From Thermoproteota archaeon (GTDB lineage Archaea; Korarchaeota; Korarchaeia; Korarchaeales; Korarchaeaceae): a stretch of DNA of 40,227 bases. The stretch is taken from positions 1 through 40,227 of the forward strand of contig JAOZGP010000014.1 in NCBI GenBank assembly GCA_027491735.1, written 5' to 3'. Below the pieces are notes generated by a model. It did not search any database. It saw only the letters and a list, made by a program, of their open reading frames with translations, and had not been told where the DNA came from. Below are positions 35,813 through 40,227 of the stretch, one piece after another. The translations under genes and the position numbers were made by a program. Every line of letters begins with the position of its first letter. The stretch's first letter is position 1.

Positions 35813-36502
35813 TTAATGTTGCTTCGCCCCAGGGGTAGAGCTTGAAAAGTTCTTTGCCAATCCTCTATTTAAGATGATGAGAGGGTTTGTTGTGATGGAA
35901 TGGAGCCAGAAGTCTTCTGATCTTCCAAGAAGCGCTTTACCTAAGTGAACTACTGCGGTCTTATCCAGAAACATATTTCTAAGCTTGAGATCGAAGAGCA
36001 CCACAGGGATTCCCCTTCTGGAGGCCATATCTATCTCCTTCCTGATGTTGCTCATGATGGACCTCGCGAGACCGATGTCCAGCGTTTTAAATAACTCTCT
36101 GAGGGAAATTCCTATAGATCCGTTCCGTTCCCGTAAAAAAGAGGCACAAACATCATCGAAGATTATTTGTTTTGACGGAGGAATCTCCACTATCGATGCT
36201 AACCGAGATCTACAGGCTATCCTACACTGCTGAAGATCGTCAGGCCTTACAAGCGTTAGATCCACCTTGCTCCTGAGATTGAAGACCCTTTTTCGCCATC
36301 CGGGAGTAATACTACTCACCAAGACCTTGACCAGACGTACCTCCCCGTGAACGCTTTCCCTGAACCTGTAAAATCTCCCGATATCATCCTCTCCTTTGAC
36401 AACCACCCCGAGGATGGACAGCCCTACCTCTGAAGCTCTTTCGATTTGTTGACTGGTCAACGAGTCTATAGGAAGGAATCTTATGTCAATCATCCCGCTC
36501 AT
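35813..36502 (-). CDS. RNase P protein Rpp30 (divergent)
   Basis: FDDVCASFLRERNGSIGISLREL, RRGIPVVL, SITTNP; superoperon position. Confidence 0.8.
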   Translation of the reverse strand: MSGMIDIRFLPIDSLTSQQIERASEVGLSILGVVVKGEDDIGRFYRFRESVHGEVRLVKVLVSSITPGWRKRVFNLRSKVDLTLVRPDDLQQCRIACRSRLASIVEIPPSKQIIFDDVCASFLRERNGSIGISLRELFKTLDIGLARSIMSNIRKEIDMASRRGIPVVLFDLKLRNMFLDKTAVVHLGKALLGRSEDFWLHSITTNPLIILNRGLAKNFSSSTPGAKQH

Positions 36503-36951
36503 TCCGAGGATCTCCTTCTCCCTATCTCATCGATTATGTGGGTGATAACGCCTTTCCCCCCTCGAGACCTGAAGTATGTTGTTACCTTCACCTGGCCCCC
36601 GGGGTTATGCCTGTAGAGCCTGACAGATCCACGGACCAGATCCTGTTTATCCAAGCGAAGGAACAGCTTCGATCCCTCCATGAACTTCTCCGGCTCCCAG
36701 ATCACCTCATCCAAGTCCTCCCCCAAACGTCTTATGATCTTCGTCAGGACCTCATCAGCCAATTTACCCTTTAGGAGAAACCGATATATGTACACGGAGT
36801 ACCCGTGCTCGGATAGAAACTTCCCCAGTGATAAGAACTTCTCGAGAGTTTGAAAATCCAAAAATGTCAGCTCCTCGGCAATCCTCCTGGGGACATCTGG
36901 TCTTTCAGTTGGGTAAATGAAGAACTCAAAACTCAGTTTTGAGGCCCTCAA
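36499..36951 (-). CDS. COG1325/DUF54-type RNA-binding protein
   Basis: [20 protein letters not shown]; conserved position after rpl15e. Confidence 0.85.
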   Translation of the reverse strand: MRASKLSFEFFIYPTERPDVPRRIAEELTFLDFQTLEKFLSLGKFLSEHGYSVYIYRFLLKGKLADEVLTKIIRRLGEDLDEVIWEPEKFMEGSKLFLRLDKQDLVRGSVRLYRHNPGGQVKVTTYFRSRGGKGVITHIIDEIGRRRSSE

Positions 36952-37550
36952 GACTTACTCCTTCTCCTCTTTCTCTTAAATCTCTTCGCAATTGGTGGTA
37001 TACCCCTGAACTTTCTAAGGCCTCTGGCTCTCTTTCCAGCGCTTGTCAACCCTCTGAAGACCCTTCTCCTGTTGGCGGGATTAAGTATCCAGTTATAATG
37101 GGGATCCTTCTTTATCACAGGGTGATGAGGGTCTATCATTATGACCTCGTACCAGTAGTACTTCCCGTCTTCCGCCACGTAGTACGAGTTGAGAACCTCC
37201 AGGTTTGGGAACTTTCTAGCTGCCCTCTCCTCAGCGATCCATCTCACGTTCTTTCCTGGTGTGAGCTTGAGAACACCCATTCCAGCAGGTTTCCTTCCGG
37301 AACGAGGTCGCTGTTTGCGCCTGCCCCCTTTTCTGACCCTCACCCTGGCTATGACGATGCCCTGCTTGGTCTTGTATCCAAGTGATCTAGCCCTGTCAGG
37401 TCTTGTGGGCCTCTCCACCCGGATGACTGCCGGCTGCCTTCTCCACTCAACCAGCCTCTCCCTCCAAAGCCTTAGAAGATCTTCATTTTTCTTTCTAGGT
37501 CTCCATAGGTAGATTTCATAGTATCTTGCAGTTGCTGGCACAGGCTTCAC
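36948..37550 (-). CDS. rpl15e: 50S ribosomal protein L15e
   Basis: [46 protein letters not shown]. Confidence 0.98.
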   Translation of the reverse strand: MKPVPATARYYEIYLWRPRKKNEDLLRLWRERLVEWRRQPAVIRVERPTRPDRARSLGYKTKQGIVIARVRVRKGGRRKQRPRSGRKPAGMGVLKLTPGKNVRWIAEERAARKFPNLEVLNSYYVAEDGKYYWYEVIMIDPHHPVIKKDPHYNWILNPANRRRVFRGLTSAGKRARGLRKFRGIPPIAKRFKRKRRRSKS

Positions 37551-37592
37551 CTACCGACCCAGATGCTAGGATGCTTTTAAAAGGTTTCCACT

Positions 37593-38834
37593 GTGAAAAT
37601 ACCCGCCGATCTCCAAAGAAAGGTGGAGCACTTGCTGATAGGTATTGTTGGGAAAACCAACGTCGGAAAAAGCACATTCTTCTCAGCCGCTACCATGGTC
37701 AAGGTTGGTATAGAGGACAGACCATTCGTCACCATAAAGGCAAATGAAGGCGTTGGTTATGTCAGAGTGAAGTCTGTATGCTCTGAGTTCGGACTGAGAT
37801 GTAATCCCAGACATGGGTGGTGTACTGGAACCCATAGGTTCGTTCCAGTAAGGCTTCTGGATGTTGCGGGCTTAGTTCCCGGAGCTCATGATGGAAGAGG
37901 TCTAGGAAACCGATTTTTAGACGATTTGAGAAGGAGTTCCGTTAACATAGTTGTCGTAGACGCCTCAGGAGCTACTGATAGTGAGGGAAGAAGGGTGCGA
38001 CCTGGAACTCATGACCCGCTGGAGGATGTATCCATAGTCAAGGAGGAGTTTGCCTTCTGGATGGTGGATGTCCTGAGAAGAAACCTGGATAAGTTCTACA
38101 GAAGGATATTCTCAGGAGAAAACCCAGAGAGAATACTGTCGGAGATCCTCTCTGGATTGGAAATAAGGGAAAGTGACATCAGATCTTGTCTCAGCGAGTT
38201 GGAGATGGATCCCAAGAGGTTAGTTGTGGAGAAAAGGGAGGAGGATATATTCGAATTTGTAAGACTTCTGATAAGAAAAGCTAAACCGTTCGTCATAGCT
38301 GCAAATAAGGTGGATGTTCCGGAAGCTGAGGACAACCTGAGAAGGATGAGGGAGTCCATCGAAGATCCGATCATACCGGTATCAGCGGAGGCCGAGCTTA
38401 TACTGAAAAAAGCAGCTAAGATGGGACTTATACATTACGAGCCTGGATCATCTGATTTCTATATAATAGATGAGAGGAGGCTTAAAGGAGATCAGAGGAA
38501 GGTGTTGGAGATAATAAGAGAGAGAGTTCTCAAGAAATATGGATCCACTGGAATTCAAAAAGCCCTAGAATGTGCTGTTTTCGATGTAGGAAGAAACATT
38601 GCAGTATTTCCTGTTGAGAATGAGACCAAGTTGTGTGATAAGGATGGAAAAGTCCTTCCAGATGTTTTTATACTTCCAGCTGGATCTACCGTTCTGGACC
38701 TCGCTAAGGAGATTCATTCAGAGATCGCCGAGAGAGCTGTATGTGGTATCGATGTCAGGACCAGAAACCGGGTGAGTATAAATCAAAGGCTGAGGCATAG
38801 GGACATCATCAAGATAGTAACGGGAAGAGGTTAG
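37593..38834 (+). CDS. ychF: YchF/OLA1-type Obg-family ATPase (TGS domain)
   Basis: GKTNVGKST, PFVTI, DVAGLVPGAHDGRGLGNRFLDDLR, ANKVD, C-terminal TGS domain. Confidence 0.93.
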   Translation: MKIPADLQRKVEHLLIGIVGKTNVGKSTFFSAATMVKVGIEDRPFVTIKANEGVGYVRVKSVCSEFGLRCNPRHGWCTGTHRFVPVRLLDVAGLVPGAHDGRGLGNRFLDDLRRSSVNIVVVDASGATDSEGRRVRPGTHDPLEDVSIVKEEFAFWMVDVLRRNLDKFYRRIFSGENPERILSEILSGLEIRESDIRSCLSELEMDPKRLVVEKREEDIFEFVRLLIRKAKPFVIAANKVDVPEAEDNLRRMRESIEDPIIPVSAEAELILKKAAKMGLIHYEPGSSDFYIIDERRLKGDQRKVLEIIRERVLKKYGSTGIQKALECAVFDVGRNIAVFPVENETKLCDKDGKVLPDVFILPAGSTVLDLAKEIHSEIAERAVCGIDVRTRNRVSINQRLRHRDIIKIVTGRG

Positions 38835-38853
38835 GGTTCAACCCTACGTAGGT

Positions 38854-39004
38854 ATGGTTGTGAGAATGATTATTAAAATCGATGAAGAGCTCGGTGGGAA
38901 GTTCAGAACTGAAGTGGTCGAAGTTAAGATCAACAAGAAAGGTTAGTGCTCCTATCAAATCTATCTAGGAGGCTATTAAACTCTGGCTCGAAAGATATGA
39001 CTGA
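38854..39004 (+). pseudogene. Ribbon-helix-helix (CopG-like) small regulator remnant
   Basis: MVVRMIIKIDEELGGKFRTEVVEVKINKKG*, then after a frameshift and a stop ...EAIKLWLERYD*; matches the archaeal RHH pattern IDDELExxFR...KKGA...EAIKLWL. Confidence 0.65.
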
Positions 39005-39018
39005 AAAGCTACGTTTGC

Positions 39019-39705
39019 CTACTGATGTTCGCTGGATTCGTTATAGTTATGCGAGATCTCCTCAACTAGAACTTCCTCTGTTTCTGTTTCAGCTTCAGCT
39101 TCTTTCCTCTCCAGCGAGGGTGTTGCCTCACCAAACCTTAGAACAACCGTTTTCCTAGGTTCTATATTCTTAATCGGAGCTATTTTCGTCGAGATCTGCC
39201 TTATCGATTCAGAGAAATTGACTGGTTCGTTAAATATTGAGGACCTGACAAGCTCCTCCAGTGTGAGCCGAGGTATCTGCTCACTTAAATACTCGACGAC
39301 CTTGGATCTCACGGCCTTCTCCTGACCGCATCTGATTCTCACGCTGGTTATTATTATATAGAATATCCTCACAAGATGACCGTCTTTTGTCTCCCCTTCG
39401 GCCATAACGTCAACTCTACTAGTTCTTCTCTGAACAATTGATCTCAGATAGTCTCTATTGAGCATTTCCTTTACGAAGCGAGCATAGGCTTTGGATCCGT
39501 CTACTCTGAATATCTTGAACCAAAGCTTGTACTTCTCGTGCATGAAGTCTCCGGTTATGTCCCTGGCAACGACCTCCACGTTCCTACCTATGACGAGCTC
39601 TGGATCAGCAGCTGGAGTCTCACCTATCCACTTGCCGGGAAACACATCGACGGCATATACCTGATACCAGGTCTTGGACTTTCTTGCTGCTCTTCTTCGA
39701 GGCAA
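39019..39705 (-). CDS. rps3ae: 30S ribosomal protein S3Ae (eS1)
   Basis: KTWYQVYA, IGETPA, GRNVEV..DITGDF, RDYLRSIVQRRTSRVD, TKDG; acidic tail. Confidence 0.95.
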   Translation of the reverse strand: MPRRRAARKSKTWYQVYAVDVFPGKWIGETPAADPELVIGRNVEVVARDITGDFMHEKYKLWFKIFRVDGSKAYARFVKEMLNRDYLRSIVQRRTSRVDVMAEGETKDGHLVRIFYIIITSVRIRCGQEKAVRSKVVEYLSEQIPRLTLEELVRSSIFNEPVNFSESIRQISTKIAPIKNIEPRKTVVLRFGEATPSLERKEAEAETETEEVLVEEISHNYNESSEHQ

Positions 39706-39978
39706 GCCTCACATCCTCCTCTTTTTTGATAAGCTGGTAAGAAGAGCTCGGTCCATGTAATTAAAATTTTTCCTTAGGCTGGTCAAAGGCCTAGCTACGC
39801 ATTTAATACCGATGTATGGGCTTTCCCCTTCCCTTAAGCCGGATGAAGATGTTCCGAATCCTGAGTGAAGAGGTCTGGACGGTGGTTAATTACCTAAATT
39901 ATTTCTGAAGAAATTCATAAGCAATGAGGCGCTAAAGGTTAAAAAATACTCAGCATGAACACGTCTCGAGCTGAGGAA

Positions 39979-40227
39979 ATGAGCATTGAGCTTCTCGACG
40001 TCTCCTTTCAGTATTCAAAGAGACGGAAGTTTGCCTTGGTTGATATCAACTTGAAAATAAGGAGAGGGGAGTTTATTCTCATCTTAGGAAGGAGTGGGAG
40101 TGGTAAATCGACTTTCTTAAGGCTCCTGAACGGATTGATACCTCATTTTTACGAGGGAGAGCTGAAAGGAAGGGTGCTGGTGGATGGGATGGATACCAGA
40201 GAGCATAGTGTCGCTGAGCTCTCCAGG
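39979..40227 (+). CDS. ECF-type ABC transporter ATPase (5' part, runs off the window)
   Basis: [12 protein letters not shown]...[35 protein letters not shown]; alternative in-frame ATG at 39955. Confidence 0.9.
   Translation, partial: MSIELLDVSFQYSKRRKFALVDINLKIRRGEFILILGRSGSGKSTFLRLLNGLIPHFYEGELKGRVLVDGMDTREHSVAELSR

Noticed and set aside
1074-39729. Numerous 60-200 aa ORFs antisense to or nested in identified genes (e.g. 1074-1523, 11020-11460, 31505-31963, 32354-32962, 36939-37385)
   Set aside because: Shadow ORFs with Ser/Pro/Leu-rich composition and no motifs, fully explained by the overlapping real genes.
1-40227. CRISPR array, cas genes, rRNA, intact transposase or integrase
   Set aside because: No regularly spaced repeats or diagnostic motifs seen by eye.

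Overview
Compact archaeal chromosome segment. Crenactin, RNA polymerase subunit Rpo8 and a short XPF point to the TACK group; together with a multi-OB/Zn-finger RPA and an AsnRS this is most Korarchaeia-like (inference only). 1-1770 is an AT-rich accessory stretch holding a ~120-bp IS200/IS605-type mini-element, a frameshifted membrane-anchored HTH regulator, a secreted protein and a tandem palindromic operator. It is followed by SRP (7S) RNA and an intron-containing tRNA-Met. Downstream of the tRNA lies a ~6.2-kb decaying island (about 2323-8550) with intact Acr3 and TauE transporters and a mostly broken defence-like cluster: YaaA-like, DUF2400, GmrSD and a wHTH-PD-(D/E)xK nuclease. The rest is core genome: TrmB, TRAM, glycerate kinase, Clp1, R15P isomerase, DUF72, crenactin, Ogt, RtcA-RPA-XPF, AsnRS, UbiD-Rpo8, a Zn-ribbon-less TFB paralogue followed by a membrane HerA/VirB4-type ATPase, AK6, tRNA-Glu, PyrH, Taw1, RbkR, tRNA-Val, the exosome/proteasome/RNase P superoperon, YchF, eS1 and a partial ECF ATPase. 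About six IS605/tnpB 3'-end (omegaRNA-like) relics sit in intergenic gaps, one nested inside another IS605. No CRISPR array or rRNA was seen. All family calls come from motif recognition by eye; no database search was run.
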